Source: Felis catus (taxonomy: Eukaryota). From it: a stretch of 64,000 nt of DNA. The notes under the pieces were generated by a model. That model did not search any database and was not told the DNA's origin. It worked only from the letters and a program-made list of their open reading frames with translations. The stretch covers positions 130,264,001-130,328,000 of the forward strand of contig NC_058368.1 in assembly GCF_018350175.1 (NCBI RefSeq), in the 5' to 3' direction. Shown piece after piece: positions 11,950-23,911 of the stretch. The position numbers and the translations under genes were made by a program. Within the stretch, counting starts at the first letter, position 1; every line of letters begins with the position of its first letter.

Positions 11950-13050
11950 TAATTGGAAGTCCTGCCTCCATAATTTTTTTAAAGATTGATTATACTGCTT
12001 TTTTCTACCTTATTAGATAGGATAATTTTCTTATTAATTATAAGCCTTAATTTTTCTGATGTAAGCTTTGAAAAGTGTGCATTTCCCTTTGAGTACTGCC
12101 TTCATTGTATCACTCATGTTTTGATTTATGGAATTTATATTAATTATCATTCAGTATAAACGTATTCTAATATCCATTATGATCTTTTCTCACTTTCTCG
12201 TGGATTAAAAATGTTCTATGTTTTCTTTCTAAGATACCTTCTTGTTACTGATTTCTAATGTAGTTCTTCTGTGGTAAAGTATGTGGTCAAATTTTGAAAT
12301 GTTCCATCTGTACTTCAAAAGATTTATTCTCCAAATGTGTGTAATATTCCATATATGTTCATCGTCTCCAAACTTGTCAGTTGTGCTGTTTAAATTAATT
12401 TTTATTCTTCCTGATATATTTTGCTTGTTTGATGAAAAAGAACGGGATGTGTGAAAATCCCCCACTGTCATTTTTTTCCTGGTATTTCTGTCATTTTTTG
12501 TTGTATTTCCTGTAAGAGCATGTGATTGGGTGTGCATGAGTAAACTGACCATTTTATTATTATGTAGTAGCCATTTTTAATTGCGGTTTTGGGGGCGCCT
12601 GGGTGGCTCCATCGGTTAAGCTTCTGACTTCAGCTCAGGTCACGATCTCACGTTCTGTGAGTTCGAGCCCCGCGTCAGGCTCTGGGCTGATGGCTCAGAG
12701 CCTGGAGCCTGCTTACGGTTCTGTGTTTCCCTCTCTCTCTGCCCCTCCCCCGTTCATGCTCTGTTTCTCTCTGTCTCAAAAATAAATAAACGTTAAAAAA
12801 TTTTTTTAATTGCGGTTTTGTATTTTCTCTGGAAAGCTGTTTTATGTGTTAGTAGTATAGCTACCTTATTTTTTTGGTGGTTAATATTTGCCTGGTATAT
12901 TATCCATTTTCTCTTTGTCTGATTATTGTTTTTCCTTCCTATATTCTTTCAGATTTCTTTTCTTCATTCTGTCTAGTCCCTCTTTACTGTTTTGAATTTA
13001 TGTACTGCATGTATATTCTTTTTGTAGTACTTATCCTAGCTATTTAAAGT
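11950..13050 (-). mobile_element. Ancient L1ME-like ORF2 5' relic (interrupted by a SINE)
   Basis: Antisense ORF 12229-12552 retains EN-like traces (VGDFHT, KFDHILYH). Confidence 0.6.
12592..12802 (+). mobile_element. Can-SINE (SINEC_Fc-like)
   Basis: Near-consensus body; perfect flanking repeat tttttaattgcggttttg (12574-12591, 12803-12820). Confidence 0.97.
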
Positions 13051-13296
13051 ATGCACCCTACACTCAATCTAAAATTCATAAACATTGTTATTTTTCTGAA
13101 TAATAAATCATTTTAATGTTCTGACATATGCTATTACATCTCCCTTGGCCACACACATCTCTAGAATCCAGTAAATCCAGGGTTTAAATTCTATGTTCTG
13201 TCCTACTGTGAGGAATTTTGAAGGGTATGTTAGATTTGTAGTGTTTTTACTTGTTTTTAGTGGTTTCAACAATTTGAATAGGAATGATGAGCTTTA

Positions 13297-13506
13297 TTTT
13301 TTTTAATTAAAACCTTTTTTTTTTTTTTTTTTTGAGAGAGAGAGAGAGAGACAGAACACAAGCCAGGGGCAGAGGGAGAGAGAGAGAATCTTAAGCAGGC
13401 TCCACCCTCAGTGTGGAATGTGACACGGGCCTTGATCCCATGACTCTGGGCTCATGACCTGAGCCAAACCAAGAGTTGCACAACTGACCGAGCCACCCAA
13501 GAGCCC
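13297..13506 (-). mobile_element. Can-SINE, older carnivore subtype
   Basis: Body variant gagagaatcttaagcaggctccaccctcagtgtgg; flanked by ggaatgatgag(c)ttta. Confidence 0.9.
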
Positions 13507-13522
13507 AGGAATGATGAGTTTA

Positions 13523-13600
13523 AAAATTTTTTTTAATGTTTTATTTATTTTTGTGTGAGAGAGAGAGAGACAGAGTATGAGTGGGGGAGGGGCAGAGAGA

Positions 13601-13642
<42 letters not shown>

Positions 13643-13772
13643 GAATCGGGAGCAGGCTCCAGGCTCAGAGCTGACAGCACAGAGCCCAATGCAGGGCTCA
13701 TTCTCATCAACTGTGAGATCATGACCTGAGCCTAACTTGGATGCTTAACCAACTGAACAACCCAGACGCCCC
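13523..13772 (-). mobile_element. Can-SINE (SINEC_Fc-like)
   Basis: Felid-type body with (GA)n; flanked by the same ggaatgatgag(c)ttta repeat. Confidence 0.95.
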
Positions 13773-14223
13773 ATGGAATGATGAGCTTTAAAAGAATGTT
13801 AGGAGAAACCCATTCTAGTCTTCCTACTGGTAAGTCTAAGCTACAAAGGAAAGCAGTATCACTCTGTTTAATTCTCATGTTTGTTAACTTGCCTTTGTCA
13901 TTTGGTTCCTTTCATTTCCTCCATCTGTTCCTTTTTGCTCTCTCCTTTTTTAAGATTATAGCTTTATATACAGGGCTCTTAAGAGATGTTCTATAAAATA
14001 CATCAGCTTCCTCAAGATCTGAAACTTGTATCAAAGTACGTGTTACATAGCACAGATAATACTTGTATTTTTGTAGACAACAATGATACTTTCAATTTTT
14101 GTTTTACCTTTCTTCTGAAGTATTCCACATGCTAATTATTTCAGGTTACTTGAACTGTCTAGGTCTCCCTAGCAGAATGACACGTAAATGTGATTTGAAA
14201 TGCACATTTAAAGTGAAGATTTT

Positions 14224-14445
14224 GGGGGCACCCGGGTGGCTCAGTTGGTTAAGCGTCTGACTTCGGCTCAGGTCATGATCTCATGCTTCGTGAGTTCAAG
14301 CCCTGCGTGGGGCTCTATGTTGGCAGCTCAGAGCCTGGAGCCTGCTTTGGATTCTTTGCCTACTTATCTGTATGCACCTCTCCTGTTTGTGCTCTCTCTC
14401 AAATATAAACAAACATTAAAAAATTAAAACAAATAAAAATAAACA
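14224..14445 (+). mobile_element. Can-SINE (SINEC_Fc-like)
   Basis: gggggcacccgggtggctcagttggttaagcgtctgacttcggctcagg…A-rich tail. Confidence 0.95.
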
Positions 14446-14694
14446 AACATTTGATTTCCAATTTGTTGCCTGGCTCCCATTCCTATATTGGTATTTACTA
14501 CTGATTATAATTCTTATCTACATCTGAACACACCCTGGCTTTCTGGCTCAAAGGCTGTCCCAGGTTTCGAATTCTTCCTTCAAATGTTGCAGCAAAAAAA
14601 TCACAGTTTGAGTCCTTTACTGCAAATATCATAACTATATCCACTCCTCCTGTCACCAAAGAGCCTTTGTCCAGCAGTAACCAACATTGCTTTT

Positions 14695-14874
14695 GTATAT
14701 TTATTTATTTAACGTTTATTTTTATTTTTTGAGAGAGAGAGAGAGAAATCCAAAGCAGGCTCCAGGATCTGATCTGTCAGCACAGAGCTGGACTCGGGCT
14801 TTGAACCCACGAACCATGAGATCATGAGCTGAGCCAAAGTCAGACGCTTAACCAAGTGCACCATCAGGTGCCTC
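14695..14874 (-). mobile_element. Can-SINE with internal deletion of the CT-rich region
   Basis: Tail joins (GA)n directly to aatccaaagcaggctccagg; head present. Confidence 0.9.
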
Positions 14875-15172
14875 AATAACGCTTTTAAATAGTAGTCATG
14901 GCCTGCAAGAGCAAAGCATGTGGCAGTTTTCTGGGACTCTCGTGATAAGTTTTAAAACCTCTTACTGATATTCCTCAAGGATGAAAGGTGAAACAGAGTT
15001 TTACATATAAATGAGAAAGGTGTTAGAAAAACAAGCTGTGCTTTTGAGCCAGCTCTTGAAATTAATACACAACATAGGAAAGTGGAGGCAAAAAACACGT
15101 TTTTTTTTGGAAAATTACTTTAGAACTTGTGAATTTTTTTCAAAACATGAAGAGGAAAGCTGTGCACATTCT

Positions 15173-15417
15173 TTTTATTTATTTATTTATTTATTTTTTT
15201 AATTTTTTTTCAACGTTTTTTTATTTATTTTTGGGACAGAGAGAAACAGAGCATGAACGGGGGAGGGGCAGACAGAGAGGGAGACACAGCATCGGAAACA
15301 GGCTCCAGGCTCTGAGCCATCAGCCCAGAGCCTGACGCGGGGCTCGAACTCACGGACCGCGAGATCGTGACCTGGCTGAAGTCGGACGCTTAACCGACTG
15401 CGCCACCCATGCGCCCC
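15173..15417 (-). mobile_element. Young-type felid Can-SINE
   Basis: CpG-rich body (cacggaccgcgagatcgtgacctggctgaagtcggacgcttaaccgactgcgcc); long (TTTA)n tail. Confidence 0.97.
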
Positions 15418-15699
15418 TGTACATCCTGATACTAAGTCAAAGCTCAAGGAATCATCATTTGGGCTGTTTTGGTTAGTATGACCTGAAATTGGAGAAGATC
15501 TGATAACGATTTCTACTTTTTCTTCTCTTCCTCTCTCCTACTTAAATTCCTGTAAACTCCCTCTTCAAAATAACTATTTGTGCTGATTGAATCTGCTTAC
15601 TAAAAAAGGAGGGTGACAAGTCTTGTGATTCAAGACTAGACATACATCCTTATGGTATTGCTAGAAATGTGCTTTTAGAAACCCCTGGCATCCTCAGCA

Positions 15700-15925
15700 G
15701 TTAACTAATGGTTATGATAGCAAATGTGTATATAGCACTTACTGTGTGTAAGGCACAGTATTAAGTATTTTATGTACATTAACTTAGCAAATTCTGTGAC
15801 TGGTGAGGAAACCGAGTTACGGTGAAAGTATGTTACTTGCCAGTAGTTGTTGAGTAGTGAATCCGTGGTGTGAACAGACGATCTGGCTCTCAGAATTCGG
15901 GCTCTCGCCCTCTGTTCCACACAAA
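15700..15925 (-). mobile_element. MIR relic
   Basis: tatagcacttactgtgtgtaaggcacagtattaag…tgaggaaaccgag…ttacttgcc core. Confidence 0.7.
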
Positions 15926-15928
15926 GGA

Positions 15929-16119
15929 TTTTTTTCTTTTCCTTTCTTTTTTTCTTTTCTTTTCTTTCCTTTTCTTTTCTTTTCTTTTCTTTTCTTTTCT
16001 TTTCTTTTCTTTTCTTTTTTTCTTTTCTCTTTTCTTTTCTTTTCTTTTCTCTTTTCTTTTTCCTTTCCTTTCCTTTCCTTTCCTTTCCTTTCCTTTCCTT
16101 TCCTTTCCTTTCTTTTTTT
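15929..16119 (+). repeat. Compound (TTTTC)n-(TTTCC)n polypyrimidine microsatellite
   Basis: About 190 bp of only C/T on the + strand. Confidence 0.98.
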
Positions 16120-19100
16120 GATGGTGTCACAGTCTAGCCTTCCTGAGAATTTGGCAGTGGCAGAAGGTCCACCACCCCAAATTAGGCTGTCACTGCTCCA
16201 TCCACACTTTTGTGAGCTCCTCCTTGTTGACGGCCTGTCTTCTCTGCATCTGAATTCCAGCACTGCTTTCTGTGCTTGGTCAGCATTGGTGGATTAGAAT
16301 TTATTTGAATAGTCTTTTGTTGTTGCTGTTGTTTAACTGTACCATGGGCCTGTTTTCTCTTCCTACTTAGAGTATAGCATTTGGAAGCTAGAGACTATGT
16401 CTTACCCTTTTATATTGTTTCCAATCTTTAGCGCAGTTCTAAAGTCTTCTTGCCTAGAAACTATTTTTATGGTACATTTATGGATAAATGAAAGTAGTAA
16501 TTGAAGAACAAGGAGGGGAAGATTGTTTGAATATCTGTGAGAGAAAAGTTCAGCCTGAAAGGGGGGCAGGAATAGAAAAAGCCATAAAAATTAAAAAAAA
16601 AAACAAAAAAATAATAAATTCTGAAAAAAGCAAAAGAAAGAAAGAAACTACCAACTTCTAAGTGGAAGCATTTCAGACCAGAAAAATAGTAGGATAAGTC
16701 TGATGGTCAGAATTCTTTCTAACTGAAAGAAGGACAAAGCTTGGCTTGGATTTTCCTCTGGGATTGTATCTCTTGTATATAGGTTATACCCACGTATCTA
16801 CACATCCCTGCAATAAAGCCATTTTTTCTGTAATCAGGAAGGCCAGCTGGATAGTGTATTGCTGTGATAGAGTTACCATGAAGATGAATAAAAGGATCTG
16901 TGAATCTTGAAGTTATCTGGCAGAGTGGGTATCCTGGCTATATTAGCAGACAGTAGAGCTCATTACCTTCATTGATATTTTGATCATTGCACCAGAATAG
17001 ATAAAATGGAAGCTTATTTTAGTTAGACAGTTTAAGAATTTGAAAACACCCAAAAGATCCAAGTCAAGCTTAGAGAAACGATGAAAACATTTGGTCAAAC
17101 ATCAAATTATGAGATTTTGCAGAGACTACATAAGATTTTTAGCTTGGTGCATATATTTGTACCATTAATTTTAATAGTACACTTTAAATCCAATTGAATG
17201 ATGTTTTTTTTTATTTTAATCTAATATTTTCATAAATCACTTTTATAGGCAGTATTAAAGTGTTTGCTTTTTCTCTAACAATGCTGTGTGTTTCTGTCTC
17301 TCTAGTATTACTTACTATATTACTCTCTAAACTATTTCTGAAATAAGCAATTTTAAGCAAGTCCCCCTCCCACCACAATCTTCTGGAAGGCTGTTGTTCC
17401 AAGATAACTGCAATTAATTCACTAATTTCCTTCATAGTCTAATTAGCAGCTGTTATCATATTAATCTGAAATTACCTGGAAAGAGTTCATAGGATAGTTT
17501 TAACAAACACAAACTTTCAGCCAAGTAACATTTTGCTTTGAGTATTTTTAACCCACTTATCATGTTAAGATTCTAATTGCACCTCCTACATAGTTGCTTA
17601 GAATTGCTCAAAAATCTACCTCCAAGTTTTTTTTAATAATATAAAACACTTCATGAAAAAAAATTGTTAACTTACTTCAGCCCTGACCAGTGAACATGTG
17701 TGTTCCGTCCTGTTTGGCGGATCTATGTGGATGTGCATGTGGATTGCTCAGTGGGCTTCAAGGCTATTTGCATAGTTCTCCTTCTTCTGCCTCCGTGCAC
17801 ACTACACAATTTTTTGATTATGTTTGACGTCCTAAATAGATTTTCAAAGAGAACGCATGCTTTGATGAGTGACCCTGTGTATTGTGGTCCACTTTTTCTC
17901 ATTGGCATTTTGGTGATTGCAGCAGTGTTTTATGAATCTGATTAACATGCAACAACTAACATGGTGTTAGTTCCTTAAAGAATGGTGAACTTTGGGTGCA
18001 TTGACAAAATAATAATTTTAGACTTTAAAAACTGGACTGCCCCCCCCCCCAAAAAAAAACACTGGACTGCCCCAAGGAAATGTCACTCTGGTAAGGTGTC
18101 CTTAAGGCACTAGATCATTGCACCAGGTGGCAATTTCCCCTAAATCTCTGGAAATCCAAATGGATATAATTGCTCTGAAATGCTACCTGTGACTTTGAAG
18201 GATTTGCTTTCTTGAACTGGGGTCTTCACTGAGTCTCTCTTCCTAGCCAGCCAGATCATGGAGAGGAAAGGGTTTTCTCACTTGGCATCTCCCATCCTGG
18301 GCAAAACAGAGTAGAGCCCTACCTTGGTCCAGCTTCATGGAATAATTCTACTATCCTTTGCACAACTTAGCTTTTCCTGTTCCTTTTTAAAATCGTGCTT
18401 TTTAGAGATGATCCACACATACTGTCTCCATTTTATCCCTGCAAATACCTGGTAAGTAATACCAAATACTACCTTAACAGTTATATCACCAAAGAGACGT
18501 GTGAATTACCTCTCATACTTGGTTATATACAGAATAACATATAAGGTTACTACTTGAGCAAACACTGATTGTTCGGTAGTCATTCACCATGCCTCAATGC
18601 AGACTTTTTTCTGTGGAGTCTCACAAATAAATTTCTTTCTTTGTATTTCTTTTAATCCCTCATAGACCAGGTCCTCCCTGGGTCATGGACTATTGACTGT
18701 TGCAGTATTCATCATATTATTTTTAAAATGCCTTTAGTGCTCCATGGATAGGCATAAGAACTTTGGCCTGGGAACCAGGAGACACAGGTCATGAATAAAT
18801 GTGAATGTGAACAGGTCATTTATCTAGCTGGACCTCAGTTTTTGAACATAAAAGAATGGGGATAGACTAGAATGTTTTCAGGAGTCCCTGCTGCCCCCGA
18901 AGAGCATTGCTTTGGGATTCCCCCAGCCCCCACCTCCACCCCAAAGTCTCTAATGGCTCTTCACTCTTTAAAAGAGAAATTTTAGGATCTTAGGTCTTTA
19001 TATTCTTTATATTCCGGACAATGCTAATTTAAAATACTTTTCTCCTATTTGATCTAATTTTACTTCTATTGCTATACATATGATTTACCCTGATTGCTTT

Positions 19101-19572
19101 TCCCTTTTTGCTCCTGCTGTTCTTTCCACCACTTTCCTCTTCTGTGCTTAACTGAGTCTTTCACTTCCTTCAGTATCTGAATTAGGCTGTGTGCCTGTGG
19201 CACCATGTCTGATCATCTTCCAACACCCAGTGATTTGCCTCCCTTGAGTTCCCATTTGGCCAGTATAGGTGTTCCTGGGGAACCTTGTATTCTGCACCAT
19301 CATGCTCTAAAAAGACCAACAGTTATAGGAAAATGGGTTTGGGGTAGATCATTAGAAACCTATGCAGGTTTGTGACCGCAGCACTAATGAAAACAAGAAT
19401 GATCTTATTATAACTTTTAGTAGTTTCAAAAAACGTGTTCTATTTCTAAAACGTGAGAAATGCTACAGTAAATGTAAGACTTTACCTGAAAGCAAAGAAA
19501 CAAAAAACAAAAGGCACTTTGATGGAGGGACAGTGGGGGAAGATTTAAGACAAGATCAAGTCTGCTGAGTTA

Positions 19573-19797
19573 GGGGGTGCCTGGATGGCTCAATCATTTA
19601 AGCGTTGGACTTCAGCTCAGGTCATGATCTCATGGTTCGTGACTTTGAGCCCTGCGTCGGGCTGTGTGCTGACAGCTCAGAGCCTGGAGCCTGCTTCAGA
19701 TTCTCTGTCTCCCTCTCTCTCTCTCTGCCTCTCCTGATCACCCTCTGTCCCTCTCTCTCTCTCAGAAATAAATAAACATTAAAAAGTTAAGAAAAAA
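19573..19797 (+). mobile_element. Can-SINE (SINEC_Fc-like)
   Basis: SINE body; degraded TSD tgctgagttag / tgctgaattag. Confidence 0.95.
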
Positions 19798-21820
19798 AGG
19801 TTGCTGAATTAGGGAGACATGATCAAAAGGTACAGAGATCTGGAAGAAGTTACAGTAAGCTTTTCTAAGACAAAGTAGTTGACTGAACTGAGTCAAGAGG
19901 GAGGACATGGGACACATGCCTAGCAGCTTGCTTTTCTCAGCTTTGTTAGTGTTGTGTGAATTCATCTACTAATAGTTGATGGCACAAATTATTACTAGGC
20001 TAAAATAGAAAAACCATGCACAAATCAATGCAACTTTTATGCTATCCTGATATCATATATATCCTGATGTATCCTGATATCCTGCCTTCAGCAGTCTCAT
20101 GTAAGCCACCTTGCATTAAGGTAAGGCACTGTATAAACATACATTATTCTCTTCTTTGATTTCAGAGATTTCATGTCTCACCAGCAGATATTTTATTTTA
20201 ATAATAAAAGATATTTTAGTAATAATAATAATAATAATGAAGAACTTCACTGCATATGAAGTTTGTTGATCTGTTCTCCATAGAAGCTATTTCTGAAAAC
20301 AATTGCTTTCAGGATAGTAATCTCTTTTACTCTAAGTTCCTTGAAGAGGACCACGGCTGAGAAATGTTTGGATTTTATCATGTCTTGTGTTTTGGCCTAG
20401 AAAATGTTCAATGTCTTCTTGATTAGTGACTGATTGCCCCAAACCCACGCACTAGTATAATTACAAGTAAATATTTAAACCTTATTTTTCCAACGTGTTT
20501 GTCTTTAAACCATCATCATTTGAATTGTTTCCCTTACTAGTCATGGATAAAATTGTGGAAGTGAACAGGGTTTGCATTCAGTAAACTGTGGAGGGAAAAA
20601 CAACACAATTGTCTATATAGTGTGGCTTATCGAATTTGTTATTGTTCTGGTTCGAAATGGAATGCAGGTCCCGAGGGAAACAACCCATGCTATACCAGCA
20701 GCACTCCTGCCATTGTGGACTGTAGAAAACAACTTGTAAGCAGGTCCACCATTCTACCCTGAGAAAATGAGAAGTGTTGATCACTAGAGAATGGAGTAGC
20801 AGCCATTTAGAAAGGGAAGTGTCTATTCTGCATCGGGGTGCAGGATCACGCATGTTGGCAGTACTTACTAGGCCAATGATGTGTGTGGTGGCAACTCTCG
20901 AATGAATGCCTGATAGTGGCATCATATGCTTGCACAGAGTAAACTCCTTGGTCGGGAGATCCTGGCTTGCCTGTGAACATGCTTTTAAAACTGCATTACT
21001 CTGAAATTAATCAGAATAAGAAAATAGGTTTTTCTCTCTCCATTTTCTAACAGAATACCAGCAAGTGGTCCCTGGTGTCCCCCACAAGCTATGCATGAGA
21101 CAACATTTTCTAAATTGAGAGAAAGGAGAAAACAGCACATTCTTTGAGAATCGGGGGATTTTTGTTTTTTTGCGTGTTTGTGAGAAGCCACTTTGGCAAA
21201 GGAAAATTTAATGTCAGGGCGGCTGAAATCATTATCTCTTTGGGAAAGGGATAGTGCTATAGGAAATAGATGAAAGTTACTGTGTGAAACACAAGCCACC
21301 AGGGAGCCACCGTTGATGAGCAGGGATAGTAATAAAAGATGACACATTCTTTTGAAAGTGGGTCTCATGGTAAAGAGGAGTAACTGAAGAGGGGTATATT
21401 TCCAGGAATAGTTGGAGTTATGGAGCATGGAATCTCAGAGTTGCAAATAGTTGGTTTTATTGTGATAATTAGCTACTAGTAGCCAGCGTCTTTAATCTGC
21501 TAGATGTGACTAAAAATTTGACACGCTAATTACAGTGAATGACAAATATACTGAAAGGGTCCAAGGCTGAATGCACGAGGTCCTGGTAGTTATTAATGTC
21601 ATTCTGGTTCTTATAAGAATTAATTTCAAACCTATTAATTCTCTGGTCATTTCTCCTCTTTAAAAAATACCGGGGAAGTGATTCCTTTTATTGGGCTATT
21701 TTTCTCTTGTACTTTATAAATTTGGGGAAGTATTATCTGTTTTGATTGCAAAGACTATGACCTGAGTCAGTGTAGCTTCTGCTTCAAGTAATGCTGCTGG
21801 TTGACAGCAGTATAGAAAAC

Positions 21821-21992
21821 AGCAACTGTCAGTACTCACTGTGCATCAGAATCACTTGGGGGATTCTTAAAAAATACAGAAGTCTAGGCCTTACCCTAAA
21901 AGACTCTGAAACAATTGGTCTGTAATTGGCCTGGGCAGCTATATTTTTTAAAGCTCTTTAAGTTCTATGGTGAAGCTGGGATTGAGGACACT
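21821..21992. mobile_element. MER5-like hAT relic
   Basis: gtgcatcagaatcacttggg…aaaaatacaga…ggcctgggca…tttttaaagctc. Confidence 0.6.
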
Positions 21993-22008
21993 TTATTTTT
22001 TTAAGTTT

Positions 22009-22068
<60 letters not shown>

Positions 22069-22221
22069 GTGGGGGAGGGGCAGAGAGAGGGAGACAGAAG
22101 CCCAAGCAGTCACTGGCAGTGTGGAGCCCAACACGGGGCTCAAACTCATGAAACCAAGAATCATGACCTGAACTCAAACCAAGAATCAGTTGCCTAACCA
22201 ACAGAGCCACACAGGTGCCCC
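21993..22221 (-). mobile_element. Can-SINE with expanded (GA)n tract
   Basis: SINE head at 22221; (GA)n at ~22013-22062. Confidence 0.93.
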
Positions 22222-22303
22222 AAGGATACATTGTTTTGAATCACACACCTAAAGGTAGTATGTCAAAAGGACAGTGCCAACTACAAGCAGTTGTTCAATT
22301 AAT

Positions 22304-22470
22304 GGGAGGGATGATGATAATGAAGGTGACCATAGTGGGGGAAGAGCAGGAGGGAGAGGAGGAGTAGGGGGAGGAAAAAGAAGGAGGGGGAGGAGGAGGG
22401 GGGAGGGGGAGGAGGAGGGGGAGGAGGAGGAGGACTACAACGACTATGACAAGGAAGACGACGACCACCA
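22304..22470 (+). repeat. Low-complexity purine-rich (GGA)n/(GAC/GAT)n tract
   Basis: ggaggaggggg…ggaggaggaggactacaacgactatgac. Confidence 0.85.
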
Positions 22471-23021
22471 TTCTGGCTGATAGTGTCTTGAAGCACAACT
22501 CCCTTTAGGCAAGAAATAACATTACCACTGTTTTCTGTCAGCTCATTCGTATACTTTGACTCCCTTTGTTCCTTTTGGTTATAAATAGGCTCATCCATAT
22601 TTCTTGAATTTTAACTCCCTGTTTATTCTAAGGTGATCGTCAAATTGATAGTAGATCTTTTTCAGGGAGATGAGGATCATGGGTAAAAGGATACACTCAA
22701 TTAAGTTGCACGTCACTGCAAATCACATTCTGATTTCAGAAATAAGTAATGTGTGCGAAGAGTTTGTACTTTCAGAAAAGAGTTTCTGAAACCAGAAATA
22801 AGCAATGTCTGGGAAATGAGAAAATAGCCTGTGACTTTCTCTTCCCATTCAAGTTCCCATTCAAGTGTAAAATTGGTTTAATTGATGATAGGAGTCTCCA
22901 GGAAAGTTTTTCCATTTACAAGTGATATAATGGAATCATCTTATTTGGGGAAAAAATAAATTCCCTCTATCTCTGAATTTTAATAAAATCCAAATCAATT
23001 ATCTTAATAAGTACTATTTTC

Positions 23022-23242
23022 TTTTTTTTAATGTTTTTTAATGTATATTTATTTTTGAGACAGAGAGAGACAGAGCATGAACAGGGGAGGGGCAGAGAGA
23101 GAGGGAGACACAGAATCTGAAACAGGCTGCAGGCTCTGAGCGGTTAGCACAGAGCCCGACGTGGGGCTCGAACTCACAGACCGTGAGATCATGACCTGAG
23201 CTGAAGTCGGACACTTAACCAACCAAGCCACCCAGGCACCCC
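23022..23242 (-). mobile_element. Can-SINE (SINEC_Fc-like)
   Basis: Perfect 16-bp TSD aataagtactattttc (23006-23021, 23243-23258). Confidence 0.98.
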
Positions 23243-23911
23243 AATAAGTACTATTTTCAAACTAAGATGTGATCTGTTGTTGATATTGCTGCTCTAAGTC
23301 CTTAAAATATTTTTGTCACTCACCTTCAATCATGTTTAGCTAGTATGTTTATGAGTACCAGCTCCTAAAAACACTTAGGAAAACTAGCAGACTACACTGT
23401 TGAAGTGGTTAGAAGCATTCTTAAATTACAACTAATCTCTTGAGAAAAAAAATGTTATGTGTTACCTATAGATTAAATTATATCATAGCTCACCGGATCA
23501 AAAAAGTTTATCTGCTATGAAAACATAAAATACTTTGTAAATCTTGTAAGATCTTAGAATTTAGTTATACTTTTTGATATAGAATTTCTCTTTTTATCTT
23601 TCTCTTTTGTGTTCAAAAAATAATTGTCCCAACAGGATGTTAAATCTCTAAGAAATTAACATTATTATCTCTGAAAGGCATCTTATCAAATGAATGTCCA
23701 TTCACCATTTGATCTTTTTCCTTCCCTGGAGTAATCCCTTTTTAAAAATTGTTCTTGTAATTCACATGTAATACTACAAAAATGACAACAACTAGACTTT
23801 CTCTTTCTGAGCTACACAGACAAAATAAAGCCATGGGTCACCTCAGCAGTAGATAACTAGCTAATGGTATTATTCTATCTCTCATAGCACAAAGAAGCCA
23901 GAGAGATTCTT

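Noticed and set aside
12592..12680. tRNA-like A/B boxes (TGGCTCxxTCGG…GTTCGAGCC)
   Set aside because: tRNA-derived SINE heads, not tRNA genes
12603..12785. Recurrent ~60-aa ORFs 'MAQSVKRPTSAQVMIS…' found throughout the window
   Set aside because: Translations of the Can-SINE body, not a gene family
15705..16297. K/R/E-rich and F/S/L-rich ORFs of 83-148 aa
   Set aside because: Translation of the (TTTTC)n/(TTTCC)n microsatellite
20578..21428. 115-aa and 147-aa minus-strand ORFs, and a plus-strand acceptor-like site at ~21053
   Set aside because: No recognisable homology; all frames after the acceptor stop within about 30 codons; no consistent gene model
22274..22598. Acidic/Gly-rich and Pro-rich ORFs resembling nucleolar proteins
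   Set aside because: Arise from a degenerate GGA/GAC tract; no poly(A), TSD or flanking homology for a processed pseudogene
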